Below, piece after piece: positions 27,655 to 36,510 of a DNA stretch of 64,000 bases. This DNA comes from a bacterium (GTDB taxonomy: Bacteria; Patescibacteriota; Minisyncoccia; Minisyncoccales; UBA10102): the NCBI GenBank assembly GCA_030647485.1, contig JAUSJT010000003.1, positions 9,092 to 73,091 on the forward strand, written 5' to 3'. A program made the translations under genes and the position numbers. The notes under the pieces are model-generated. The model saw only the letters and a program-made list of their open reading frames with translations, made no database searches and had not been told where the DNA came from. The first letter of the stretch is position 1. Each line of letters opens with the position of its first letter.

Positions 27655-28202
27655 ACACTCGTTTTCTCATCGGGTTCACATTCATTGCTTTGCTTGCTGC
27701 CGTGGCAATAAGGATTCTTCCGCATATCCCCAACTTTACTCCCCTAGGAGCTTTTGCGTTGTTTGTGGGGGTGTTTGTGGCAAGAAAACACTGGTGGGGA
27801 TTATTACTTCCTCTTTTCGCAATGTTCCTTTCTGATCTGTTTATTGGATTTTACGACTTGAAGTTAATGGCTGTGGTGTATGGAAGTTTTTTGGCGTATA
27901 CCGGCTTTGGCATGCTGGTTGCGAAAAGAAAGAGCATTGCCATGGTCTTTCTGGGAAGTATGGGGGGAGCAGTGCTATTCTATCTGACAACAAATTTTGC
28001 AGTATGGGCATTCTCTAGCTGGTATCCCCATACGGTTTCGGGCTTGCTGCTTTCTTATACGCTTGCGCTTCCTTTTTTTAAGTATACGATTCTGGGAGAT
28101 CTCTTTTTCACAAGTGTATTGTTCGGGGTATACGAGCTTGCCGCTCATCTTTTGCTTCAACGTCAGTTGAAACTTAGCCTGTCTAAGTTACAAAATAGAT
28201 AA
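27651..28202 (+). CDS. Multi-TM putative vitamin transporter (DUF6580/ECF S-component-like)
   Basis: RILPHIPNFTP, SD, FYLTTNF.VW, LPFF...GD; about 6 TM helices. Confidence 0.75.
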   Translation: MNTRFLIGFTFIALLAAVAIRILPHIPNFTPLGAFALFVGVFVARKHWWGLLLPLFAMFLSDLFIGFYDLKLMAVVYGSFLAYTGFGMLVAKRKSIAMVFLGSMGGAVLFYLTTNFAVWAFSSWYPHTVSGLLLSYTLALPFFKYTILGDLFFTSVLFGVYELAAHLLLQRQLKLSLSKLQNR

Positions 28203-28249
28203 CAAAAACCGCCGACGAGGCGGAGTTTTGTTTTATACGCTTTTAGCAG

Positions 28250-28321
28250 AGCGGGCGAAGGGAGTCGGACCCTCATCTCGTCCTTGGCAAGGACGCATAA
28301 TAGCCGCTATACGACGCCCGC
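28250..28321 (-). tRNA. tRNA-Gly(GCC)
   Basis: Anticodon arm CGTCC-TTGCCAA-GGACG. Confidence 0.93.
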
Positions 28322-28416
28322 AGCGTAATAATTCACTATCAGTGAATTAAACGCTGCTGGAACGTTGAACGTAAAATTTGCAGAGCAGATTAACGTTCTT
28401 ACGTTCCGCAACGCTG
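28321..28416. repeat. Double-hairpin tRNA-adjacent repeat, family A, copy 1
   Basis: CAGCGTAATAA..TTAAACGCTG-CT-GGAACGTTGAA..TTCTTACGTTCC. Confidence 0.75.
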
Positions 28417-28488
28417 TGCCGCGGGTCAGAATCGGACTGACGACCAATGGTTCTTCAGACCAATGCTCTACCACTGAGCTACCGCGGC
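28417..28488 (-). tRNA. tRNA-Phe(GAA)
   Basis: GCCGCGGTAGCTCAGTGGTAGAGC...CTGAAGA...CCGCGGCA. Confidence 0.9.
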
Positions 28489-28489
28489 A

Positions 28490-28891
28490 TTATATTTTGT
28501 TGTTGTCGAGAAGCTCCTTGAAATATATATCTAAATCTTCAATATTTTTCAACTCCTCTTTTGTGAACCAGCGAAACTCGGTGTGGTCGTTGTCGAGCTT
28601 CGGTTCTCCTGCAATCGTGCCGACATAGGTCAATCGTACCACATGTTTTCCTGGTGCGCGAAGAATGTCTTGGGCGGCAACAAGCACTGGTTCTTCAGTT
28701 AGCTCAAGGGAAACTTCCTCCATGATTTCCCGCTTGAGATTCTCAAGAAGCGGGGAACCTGGTTCAATGCGTCCTCCAACAATGTCCCATTTTGCGCCGA
28801 CCTCTGGATACTTCTCAGAAGATCGCCGGACTAACAGGTATTTACCCCCATTATTTTTTAGGAAAGCTTTTACTCCAACTTGTAATTCCAT
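28490..28891 (-). CDS. NUDIX hydrolase
   Basis: GGRIEPGSPLLENLKREIMEEVSL Nudix box. Confidence 0.9.
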   Translation of the reverse strand: MELQVGVKAFLKNNGGKYLLVRRSSEKYPEVGAKWDIVGGRIEPGSPLLENLKREIMEEVSLELTEEPVLVAAQDILRAPGKHVVRLTYVGTIAGEPKLDNDHTEFRWFTKEELKNIEDLDIYFKELLDNNKI

Positions 28892-28895
28892 ATTT

Positions 28896-28972
28896 TGGTG
28901 GGCGGTATAGGATTCAAACCTATGGCCTACGCAGTGTAAATGCGTCGCTCTAATCAGCTGAGCTAACCGCCC
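28896..28972 (-). tRNA. tRNA-Val(TAC)
   Basis: Anticodon loop TTTACAC, encoded CCA. Confidence 0.9.
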
Positions 28973-28976
28973 GCGC

Positions 28977-29087
28977 TCACACGGTTCCCCCCGACCCCCC
29001 CTCTTTTAGAAACCCACGGTTTCTAACGTTCGCTTCGCTTACTGTTTTCCTTCACGGGGAGAACCGAATTTTGCTTTCGCAAAATTT
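28977..29087. repeat. Structured repeat family B, copy 1
   Basis: TCACACGGTTCCCCCCGACCCC...CACGGGGAGAACCG plus AATTTTGC hairpin. Confidence 0.8.
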
Positions 29088-29091
29088 CTCT

Positions 29092-29176
29092 TGGTGGGCA
29101 AGGAGGGATTTGAACCCTCAAGCCTTGCGGCATGCGCCCCTCAAACGCACGCGTCTGCCAGTTGCGCCACTTGCCC
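29092..29176 (-). tRNA. tRNA-Leu(GAG)
   Basis: Anticodon loop TTGAGGG, variable arm GCCGCAAGGC, CCA. Confidence 0.92.
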
Positions 29177-29180
29177 AGAT

Positions 29181-29630
29181 TTACTTTGTAGGTTCTGTTC
29201 TGGTGACCTCTTCTTTTATCTGATCCTCTTTTAATGGCTCTTCTGGCACCTCCAGGGAGAATTCCTTTGCCTTCAATCGGGCTTTCTTTCCCTTCAAAGA
29301 TCTTAAGTAATAGAGTTTGCTATGGCGGACTTTAGTTTTTCTTGCTACCTCTATTTTCTCAACCAGAGGAGAATGTAGGGGGAATACCCGTTCCACTCCA
29401 ATACCTTGGCTTATCTTGCGCACCGTAATGGTGCCACTCACCCCTTTCCCGTGCTTCTTGGCAAGCAAAACGCCCTCAAAGACCTGGATTCTTTCTTTGA
29501 CCTGCCCCGACTTCGCGGAAAGGTCCTGTTCTTTTACCTTCTGGTATACTCTCACAATATCTCCTGCCTGAAAATCAGGGGTCTTAGCCTTTAGATATTG
29601 TTTATTGAATGTCTCCATTTTTGTTTCCAT
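29181..29630 (-). CDS. rplS: 50S ribosomal protein L19
   Basis: FQAGDIVRV...ERIQVFEG...GVERVFP...KLYYLR. Confidence 0.95.
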   Translation of the reverse strand: METKMETFNKQYLKAKTPDFQAGDIVRVYQKVKEQDLSAKSGQVKERIQVFEGVLLAKKHGKGVSGTITVRKISQGIGVERVFPLHSPLVEKIEVARKTKVRHSKLYYLRSLKGKKARLKAKEFSLEVPEEPLKEDQIKEEVTRTEPTK

Positions 29631-30366
29631 GATCTTGAAGGTTATGTAGTATGCCTTTTAAATCTTCTGGGAGTTCTGAAGTAAATTCTTGTACGATGCC
29701 GTCAGGATATCCTATTTTTATAAAGCTTGCGTGGAGAAAGTGTCTTTGAAGCCCTGCCAGAGTTTTCTGGTTCTTAAACCCGTAGAGCTTATCTCCCACA
29801 ATAGGATGCCCCAGGGATGCAAGCTGTACTCTTAGCTGGTGCTTTCTTCCTGTTTTGGGGAACATTTCTAATAACGTGTATCTCTTCGAGTCTGAAGACT
29901 CATTAGAGTCTGAACGACCGGAATATCTTTCTCGCACCTGATATTCCGTAATCGCCTCCCTTTTTCCTGCAGATCCTGGTTCTCCTGGAAGATAAATCCT
30001 TTGTTTTCTCTTGTCGCCAGAAGACCTTCCAAGTAATGTTTCTATTCTTCCCTTCTCCTCTTTTACGTTTCCCTCTACGAGGCAGAGATACTTTTTCTGA
30101 ACGGTGCGGTCTTGGAATTGTTTTTGGGAAAAGGAGAATGCTTCGGCATTTTTTGCCACAAGCAGGATTCCAGACGTATCTTTGTCTAGCCTATGGAGTA
30201 TGCCGTATCTCCGTTCTTCCCCTAGGGCAAGTTGGGCAGGAAACTGCTCTGCAATGGCGTCTCCAACCGTCTTTCCTTCTCCCGGTCCTTCTTTCCATAC
30301 GGCCATTCCTGCAGGTTTTTCTACAACGAGCAGTGTATCATCTTCGTGGATAATGTTCAAGTTCAT
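29602..30366 (-). CDS. RluA/RluD-family pseudouridine synthase
   Basis: HRLDKDTSG, TGRKHQLRV, GHPIVGD, LHA. Confidence 0.93.
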   Translation of the reverse strand: MNLNIIHEDDTLLVVEKPAGMAVWKEGPGEGKTVGDAIAEQFPAQLALGEERRYGILHRLDKDTSGILLVAKNAEAFSFSQKQFQDRTVQKKYLCLVEGNVKEEKGRIETLLGRSSGDKRKQRIYLPGEPGSAGKREAITEYQVRERYSGRSDSNESSDSKRYTLLEMFPKTGRKHQLRVQLASLGHPIVGDKLYGFKNQKTLAGLQRHFLHASFIKIGYPDGIVQEFTSELPEDLKGILHNLQDHGNKNGDIQ

Positions 30367-30371
30367 AATAG

Positions 30372-30443
30372 TGGGCCCAGTAGGAATCGAACCTACTGCC
30401 TCTTCGATGTCAACGAAGCGTTCTACCAGTGAACTATGAGCCC
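30372..30443 (-). tRNA. tRNA-Val(GAC)
   Basis: Anticodon arm CTTCG-TTGACAT-CGAAG. Confidence 0.92.
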
Positions 30444-30448
30444 ACGAG

Positions 30449-30547
30449 TCACACAGTTTCCCCCGACCCCCCTTCTTTTAACAACCTTCGGTTTTTAATA
30501 TTTTTCCACCACGGGGGAAACTGGAAATTTTGCTCGCACAAAATTTC
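30449..30547. repeat. Structured repeat family B, copy 2
   Basis: TCACACAGTTTCCCCCGACCCC...CACGGGGGAAACTG plus AAATTTTG hairpin. Confidence 0.8.
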
Positions 30548-30624
30548 TGGTGGGCGTGGATGGACTCGAACCATCGACCCTGGCTTTATAAGAGCCATGC
30601 TCTAACCAGCTGAGCTACACGCCC
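30548..30624 (-). tRNA. tRNA-Ile(TAT)
   Basis: Anticodon arm TGGCT-CTTATAA-AGCCA, encoded CCA. Confidence 0.88.
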
Positions 30625-32447
30625 TTCTTCTTCCCTATCAATTTCTCAAATTCTTCTCTTTCAATAGTTTCTTTCTCTATTAACACCTTGGCTATCTTTT
30701 CAAGGAGTTTTCTCTTTTGTTTTAAGATCTTTTCCGCAGTTTTCTGCGCACCAAATAGAAGCTGGGCAACCTCTTTGTCTATTTGTGCGGCAACCGCATC
30801 AGAGTAGTTTTGGTATTCTGCTCCTCCTTGATTCAGAAACATAAATTCTTCCCTTGTCCCAAACGTTACCGGGCCCAATTTTTCTGACATGCCGTATTCT
30901 TTCACAATGGCCCTGGCAATTTCAGATGCTTTTTCCAGATCGTTTGAGGCTCCTGTGGTGATATCCTTGAACACCAGTCGTTCTGCGCTGTATCCTCCCA
31001 AAAGCACCGCCATTTCATCAACAAACTCCTTGCGGGTTTTCAGGTGCTTGTCTTCGGTGGGAAGCTTTAGGGTGTATCCTCCTGCTCTTCCCCGAGAGAT
31101 AATAGATACCTTGCGAACGGGGTCTGTATGAGAAAGGGAAGCTGAAACCAAGGCGTGCCCTGCTTCATGGTATGCGGTGATCTCCTTTTCTTTCTTTGAG
31201 AGCAAATGGCTCTTTCGTTCAGGGCCCAGAAGAACCTTATCAATGGATTCTAGTAGTTCTTCTTGGGTGATGACAGTTTTGTTCTTGCGCGCCGCAAGTA
31301 TAGCTCCTTCGTTCATAAGGCTTTCTAGATCAGCTCCGGAAAACCCAGGGGTTCGCTCTGCGATCTCTCGCAGCCGCACCGCTTGAGTTAAGGGTTTTCC
31401 CCTTCCATGGATTTTCAGGATTTCTTCTCGGTCATTTACATCAGGAAGATCTAACACAATCCTTCTATCAAACCTACCGGGTCTCAAGAGCGCAGAATCA
31501 AGAACATCCGGTCTGTTTGTTGCGGCGCATACAATAACTGTTGAGTCTCTCTCAAATCCGTCCATTTCTACCAAGATTTGGTTCAGTGTTTGTTCTCGCT
31601 CTTCGTGGCCTCCTGTAAAGGCAAGACCGCGCGCCCTGCCAATTGCGTCAAGCTCATCAATGAAAATGATGCTCCGTTCAGCCTTCTTTGCGGTTGCAAA
31701 CAGGTCTTTAACCCTGGCTGACCCTACTCCCACAAACAGTTCTACGAATTCAGACCCCGAAGCAGAGAAGAATGGAACTCCTGCTTCTGAAGCAACAGCT
31801 CTTGCAAGCAAGGTCTTTCCACATCCAGGAGGCCCTACAAGCAATACTCCTCTGGGAATCTTTGCTCCCATTTGGAGATATTTTTTTGGGTTCTTTAAAA
31901 AGTCTACGACTTCTTCAAGTTCTTCCTTTGCTTCCTTGAGGCCTGCAACATCTTTGAAGGTAACAGTTTGCTTTGGATGTCCTTCTGCTCCGAATAGCTT
32001 GGCCTTTGCTTTCGTGAAGTCAAATGCTTGCCCAAGACCGGCTCGTGCCTGGCGGAACATAAGGAAAAAGAAGAAGACGAAAAAGAGCAAAGGGAAGATA
32101 ATAAAAGAAAGTGGGCCCAGCCAAGACATAATACCTGTTTCTTCTTTTGTTTCGATGTCTACTTTTGCTAACTTGTCTTTTTCTACCCCGTAGTTTACAA
32201 GCGATTCCCCAAGAGAAGTTTCAGGTTCTTTCCTGGATTGCCTCTCGCCATTCTCCCGATACAGAATCATGAGGTTGTTTCCTGAAACGGTAATCTTCTG
32301 CACCGTCCCCTCGTTAATATCCTGTACAAGCTTTGAGAGTGTGACCCTTTCAACCTGCTTGAAGGGTTCTGCAAACATCGAAAACAGGACCGATACGGCC
32401 AATAGGATGAGCACCACAGCTATAAAGTTCTTGGAAAGATTCTTCAT
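30615..32447 (-). CDS. ftsH: ATP-dependent zinc metalloprotease FtsH
   Basis: Two TM, GPPGCGKT, SRH ALLRPGRFDR, HEAGH. Confidence 0.97.
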   Translation of the reverse strand: MKNLSKNFIAVVLILLAVSVLFSMFAEPFKQVERVTLSKLVQDINEGTVQKITVSGNNLMILYRENGERQSRKEPETSLGESLVNYGVEKDKLAKVDIETKEETGIMSWLGPLSFIIFPLLFFVFFFFLMFRQARAGLGQAFDFTKAKAKLFGAEGHPKQTVTFKDVAGLKEAKEELEEVVDFLKNPKKYLQMGAKIPRGVLLVGPPGCGKTLLARAVASEAGVPFFSASGSEFVELFVGVGSARVKDLFATAKKAERSIIFIDELDAIGRARGLAFTGGHEEREQTLNQILVEMDGFERDSTVIVCAATNRPDVLDSALLRPGRFDRRIVLDLPDVNDREEILKIHGRGKPLTQAVRLREIAERTPGFSGADLESLMNEGAILAARKNKTVITQEELLESIDKVLLGPERKSHLLSKKEKEITAYHEAGHALVSASLSHTDPVRKVSIISRGRAGGYTLKLPTEDKHLKTRKEFVDEMAVLLGGYSAERLVFKDITTGASNDLEKASEIARAIVKEYGMSEKLGPVTFGTREEFMFLNQGGAEYQNYSDAVAAQIDKEVAQLLFGAQKTAEKILKQKRKLLEKIAKVLIEKETIEREEFEKLIGKKKGV

Positions 32448-32584
32448 GGTGAGTTATTTATATCAGAATTTCAGAAAAAATCAATGGAAATGATAAGCGC
32501 CCTCTGGTGTGAACCTTGAGGGCGCCTTAGCAGTAGACAGGAACGAGTGAATCTCCGGCATCTTTTAGGTGGCCGGTACCACCA

Positions 32585-33706
32585 CTATGGATTGGTGCTT
32601 GCTGGCGGAAGTAATGCAGGTTGTCGAGGCCTGTTTTCCTGGGTGACACGCCACTGGATCAGGTGTTCTATACGCATCATGGCTTGATGCGTTTCCCGGT
32701 CCATGCGTGAGAGCCTTCCAAATGTGGCTCGGAGACCGCCGTCCCCCTTTGGTTCAAGGAAGATAGGTGGAATCTCATAGCAGTCGTCACCTTCTGCTGC
32801 TGTTGTTATGGCCTCAGGAAGTGGCGTATCTGCAATGACGCCCATGAGCACGATGGGCATGCTTGGGTCTGGAACGAACCTTCCTAGTAGCACCGCCAGG
32901 AAGCCCGTGTCTTGACCCCCGAACCTTGAGGCGTAGTCCGAGATGACGATAGTCCCCACAACCTCTCCCTGGAGCAGGCGAGTGAGCCCCCGCTCTTGAA
33001 GGTCTGTGGGAAGCGTGCCTTGCTCCAGCAAGGGTTCCAGGCGCGAGAGAAGCTCTTCCTCTTTGCGGCTCTGGTTGCGTACCCTGGAGATCGCCCTGAT
33101 CACAGATGGCCACCCCAGCATGCTTACCTGTAGGTTGCGTTTGGGGTAGTAGTAGGCGTTCTCCCAGTTGATGGCCCTCCATCTCGGCGAGATCCTGCTT
33201 CTCTCTATGTACCCAGTCGTCACAAGACGATCAAGGTACGGGCCCACCACGCTCTTGGTGCGCAGGAATCTGCAGGGCCGTTCAAACATGAACAGCACTT
33301 CCTTCAGCTGCATGGACAGCAGCTGATTTTCCTGGCAGACACCAATAATGTCCAGGATATGCTGGGCGATCGGAGCAACCCTTGCGTCTTGCTGTTTGGC
33401 AAGAGAGCTGATTTTCCCAGACCAGAACTCCCACGCCGCGCTAAAGGTTGCACCATATTGGAGCCACGGAGCAAACCATGCTCTCGTAGCCTCGGCCCTG
33501 CTTTTCAGGGCGATGGCAAGGAACTCAATGCCGAGAGCGTCTCCTTGGCGCACCGCGTCAAAGAACACGTCCGCCTGCCCGAGCGCCTCATCTGCCTCGG
33601 CAAACACCTCGGCTACCTTCGCGGCGACCCCGTTGGAGCTGCCGAGAGCGGCAAGCCTGTTGCCAAGACTGAACCCGGTCTTCTTAGGATCTGTCGACGA
33701 TGTCAT
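32585..33706 (-). CDS. Hypothetical protein (GC-rich orphan)
   Basis: 373-aa ORF with AGGAGGGAG RBS, own promoter, downstream hairpin at about 32495-32530. Confidence 0.7.
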   Translation of the reverse strand: MTSSTDPKKTGFSLGNRLAALGSSNGVAAKVAEVFAEADEALGQADVFFDAVRQGDALGIEFLAIALKSRAEATRAWFAPWLQYGATFSAAWEFWSGKISSLAKQQDARVAPIAQHILDIIGVCQENQLLSMQLKEVLFMFERPCRFLRTKSVVGPYLDRLVTTGYIERSRISPRWRAINWENAYYYPKRNLQVSMLGWPSVIRAISRVRNQSRKEEELLSRLEPLLEQGTLPTDLQERGLTRLLQGEVVGTIVISDYASRFGGQDTGFLAVLLGRFVPDPSMPIVLMGVIADTPLPEAITTAAEGDDCYEIPPIFLEPKGDGGLRATFGRLSRMDRETHQAMMRIEHLIQWRVTQENRPRQPALLPPASTNP

Positions 33707-33759
33707 GATTCTCCCTCCTGTATTTTCTGTGTCCTGTCTACTGCCCTACTGCCATTTTC

Positions 33760-33819
33760 TTTCTAGCATAAACCTCTTATTTTGTCAACCTTGACATTTT
33801 CTCTATTCTATTCTATAAT
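33760..33819. promoter_or_regulatory. Back-to-back divergent sigma70 promoters
   Basis: Plus: TTGACA(33791)-17-TATAAT; minus: TTGACA(33788)-17-TAGAAA with extended TG. Confidence 0.75.
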
Positions 33820-33862
33820 TCATCTTAGCAAAATCGGCAAAGTCTGAATGGAGGGTAACTCT

Positions 33863-34345
33863 ATGTCTCGAACGTTCGTGTTTGGATACGGAAGTTTGTT
33901 GAATGAGTTGGAGGTTCAGCGAACCCTGCCCGGAAAAGCCATCTTCGGGCACGCTACTCTGATTGGATGGCGGAGGAAGTTCAACAAGGGAGGCCTTGAT
34001 CACCGATACCTCAATCTGGTGCCTGCCAATTCCGAGGTACGTCAGGTAGAAGGAACGTTAATAGAGGTTACGCCAGCGGAATTGGCGGCGTTGGCAAGGC
34101 GGGAACCAGGGTACGAGATGGTGGATGTCACGAGCCAGGTCGTAGCGCCGCCAGAAGACTCCGTAGTCCTCGCTTTCATAGCTCCCTCGTTTGAGAAGCT
34201 CCTCGTCCGCAGGAGCTATCTGGAAAGGATCCGTCCTGGCGTTCCTCCAGAAGAATGGGAACAGTGGCTCCAAGAAACGGATTTTTCTGGGATCTCGACA
34301 GAAGTAGTAGGCATAGAAAACGCCTCCATGGATGAGGAGGGTTAG
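33863..34345 (+). CDS. Gamma-glutamylcyclotransferase-family protein
   Basis: VFGYGSL...GWRRKFN...VEG...LARREPGY. Confidence 0.85.
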   Translation: MSRTFVFGYGSLLNELEVQRTLPGKAIFGHATLIGWRRKFNKGGLDHRYLNLVPANSEVRQVEGTLIEVTPAELAALARREPGYEMVDVTSQVVAPPEDSVVLAFIAPSFEKLLVRRSYLERIRPGVPPEEWEQWLQETDFSGISTEVVGIENASMDEEG

Positions 34346-34432
34346 TCTAGAACAGGAGCGTATGCTCAATGCCCTTGGATTGTTCTGGTATATCCAGAAT
34401 GCGTCCAAGGGTTTTAATTTATGAAGCGATGG

Positions 34433-34891
34433 TTATGCGTCTTCATCTATTTGAGCTCCTTCAAAATCGGTTTCTTGGATCCATTGCGCTTGTTTCTCAG
34501 GGGGTAGAGCCGCAAGCACAGTATCAAGGTATTTCCTGCTTACTTTTAACCCTCCAAGAGAAGATGCGGCGGCAGCAAAGGCATATACAGCCGTATTGCC
34601 CAAAGGCTTGCTTTCGAGTTTGTTTGTTACATCAATAGCGTTATATCCATGCTCTCTTTTTTTAAGTTCTTCAAATTCTTCTTGCGTGACCTCTACAAGA
34701 ACGCCCTCTACTTTTGAATTGGGTTCTTGCTTAATATTGAGATATCTGTGGTTTTTCCTCCCTGCCTTATTGAACGCGCGCTTGTATCCATTCAGAATGG
34801 CCCAGCTAGTACTATGTTTGCCAGGGAGAGTCTTTTGAAGACTTTCTTCGTTCATGAGGCTTCCATATCCAAATACGTATGTATGATCCAT
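34433..34891 (-). CDS. Gamma-glutamylcyclotransferase-family protein (paralog)
   Basis: VFGYGSLMN...GYKRAFN...VEGVL...LKKREHGY. Confidence 0.87.
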   Translation of the reverse strand: MDHTYVFGYGSLMNEESLQKTLPGKHSTSWAILNGYKRAFNKAGRKNHRYLNIKQEPNSKVEGVLVEVTQEEFEELKKREHGYNAIDVTNKLESKPLGNTAVYAFAAAASSLGGLKVSRKYLDTVLAALPPEKQAQWIQETDFEGAQIDEDA

Positions 34892-34895
34892 ATGG

Positions 34896-36392
34896 TTAGA
34901 CCTCTTGTGCTTGCGGACCGAGTTCTTGATCTTGGGGAGACGTCTGGCCCTTCCTTAATGCGTTAGAGAGGTTGGTTATCAACTCTCCGATTTCTGGCTG
35001 TATCGCAAAAGAAGAGGTTGCAATTGACCGTGGAAAGATAAGTTTGAAAAGTCTTGGCACGTTCTGGATTATTCTTCCTCCGATTCGTGGAACGGAATCG
35101 ATGATAAGAAACTCAGAATCATCTTGAAGTTCCCATAAAAATGCTCCCTGCCGCTTATAAGTTAAGGCCTTCTTTGCAGGAGAATAAGAATAGATGCCGG
35201 GAACCAGGGGCAGTTTCATTTCGTAGGCGCCCTTTGGAGTGAGGGAGATATGGGAAACAGGAAGTCGTTGTTTCAATCCTTCATTTACTTTCTCAAAATC
35301 AAAGTTTTCTTTAATCCCAAGATGGGCCATAAGGTGGAAAAACTCCATAGGAGGCACTGTATTCTGTTGAAGAATCATAAAGGAATACACCGGAAGCGCC
35401 CCTGTAAATCTTGGGTTGCATTCTAAGGGTAAGACTTCTTCCGTTTTTGCATCGTACATGAAATCAATCCCAAAAATTCCAAGGAATCCTTTTTGAGCGA
35501 GAAACTCTCCCACTTTTTCTACAATAATTTGCGCTTCTTTTTGCTTCTTTTCTTCCCAAGGGTGAAATCCCCAGTCGTGCCCCAGAAAGACTCCTGTAGG
35601 AAGCTGGCCATGGAGCGCCTCTGGCACGTCAATGAGTTGGAGTTGTAGGGGAGACGTGAGAACACCCATATGCGTAATACAGCCGAGCATTGAAACAGAA
35701 TCCCCTTCTATAAAAGGAGACATCTGTATTTCTGTAAATCGTGTGTCGTTGGAAAGAATATTATGCATCGCTTCCCAATCCCCCTGAGTTTTTATAAAGA
35801 AAGTTCCTTGTTCTCCTGAAACATCAAAATCTGCCCGTTGCACCACCACAGGACGGTTCCAATGACTCAGGAGTTCTTCACATGTTTTTGAAAGAAATTC
35901 TTCCCGTCCTATGCGCCAATCTTCAAGATGCGGCAACCCCAGTTTTTTGATGACTTCGCGAAAGCTTCCCTTGAGGAATACTTCTTGAAAGCTCTCTGGC
36001 CTATTTCCAATCCACTCGAGATGTTGTTCCTCTAGCTTTTTTACAATGGGTGGAGTGGTTTGGTAGAACATAAGCTTGAAAGGGCTGCGCCGAGACTTTA
36101 AAAATGCCTGGAACGCATAGTTGCCAAGAAGATAATTCGTTGCGTGAATTTTAGGAGCTACTTTGGGGAATTTCTCCTCCAGACAAAAGATGGTTGCGTA
36201 TTTTCTAAGCACGTCAAGATCCGCAGTATCTTTTACAGAGTAGATTTGGTAGTTTTGCAGAAAAAGAGAAGGGATGATTCGGGTATATGGCGCAATTCCG
36301 ATGGCAATAATAGTCTTTTCCTGCATTCTTTTTAGGATTTCTTTTATTCCCGGGACCACTTTTTGCCAGGATTGTATAAAATTTGGTCTCAT
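34896..36392 (-). CDS. ATP-grasp fold ligase-like protein
   Basis: SGEQGTFFI, FIEG, GIFGIDF, LECNPRF. Confidence 0.8.
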   Translation of the reverse strand: MRPNFIQSWQKVVPGIKEILKRMQEKTIIAIGIAPYTRIIPSLFLQNYQIYSVKDTADLDVLRKYATIFCLEEKFPKVAPKIHATNYLLGNYAFQAFLKSRRSPFKLMFYQTTPPIVKKLEEQHLEWIGNRPESFQEVFLKGSFREVIKKLGLPHLEDWRIGREEFLSKTCEELLSHWNRPVVVQRADFDVSGEQGTFFIKTQGDWEAMHNILSNDTRFTEIQMSPFIEGDSVSMLGCITHMGVLTSPLQLQLIDVPEALHGQLPTGVFLGHDWGFHPWEEKKQKEAQIIVEKVGEFLAQKGFLGIFGIDFMYDAKTEEVLPLECNPRFTGALPVYSFMILQQNTVPPMEFFHLMAHLGIKENFDFEKVNEGLKQRLPVSHISLTPKGAYEMKLPLVPGIYSYSPAKKALTYKRQGAFLWELQDDSEFLIIDSVPRIGGRIIQNVPRLFKLIFPRSIATSSFAIQPEIGELITNLSNALRKGQTSPQDQELGPQAQEV

Positions 36393-36510
36393 TTGGTTTA
36401 GTATAGGATAAAAATACAAAAAGCGGAAACGAAGAAGAGCTCGGGGGAGTATGGCTTTTGGTTATTATGCCAACTCCCTCCGAGCTCTTTTTGCCCTAGC
36501 TTTTCGCCGT

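Noticed and set aside
28321-30547. CRISPR array or integron attC array
   Set aside because: The repeats are dispersed and degenerate, lack regular spacers, have no RYYYAAC/GTTRRRY ends, and no cas or intI gene is present.
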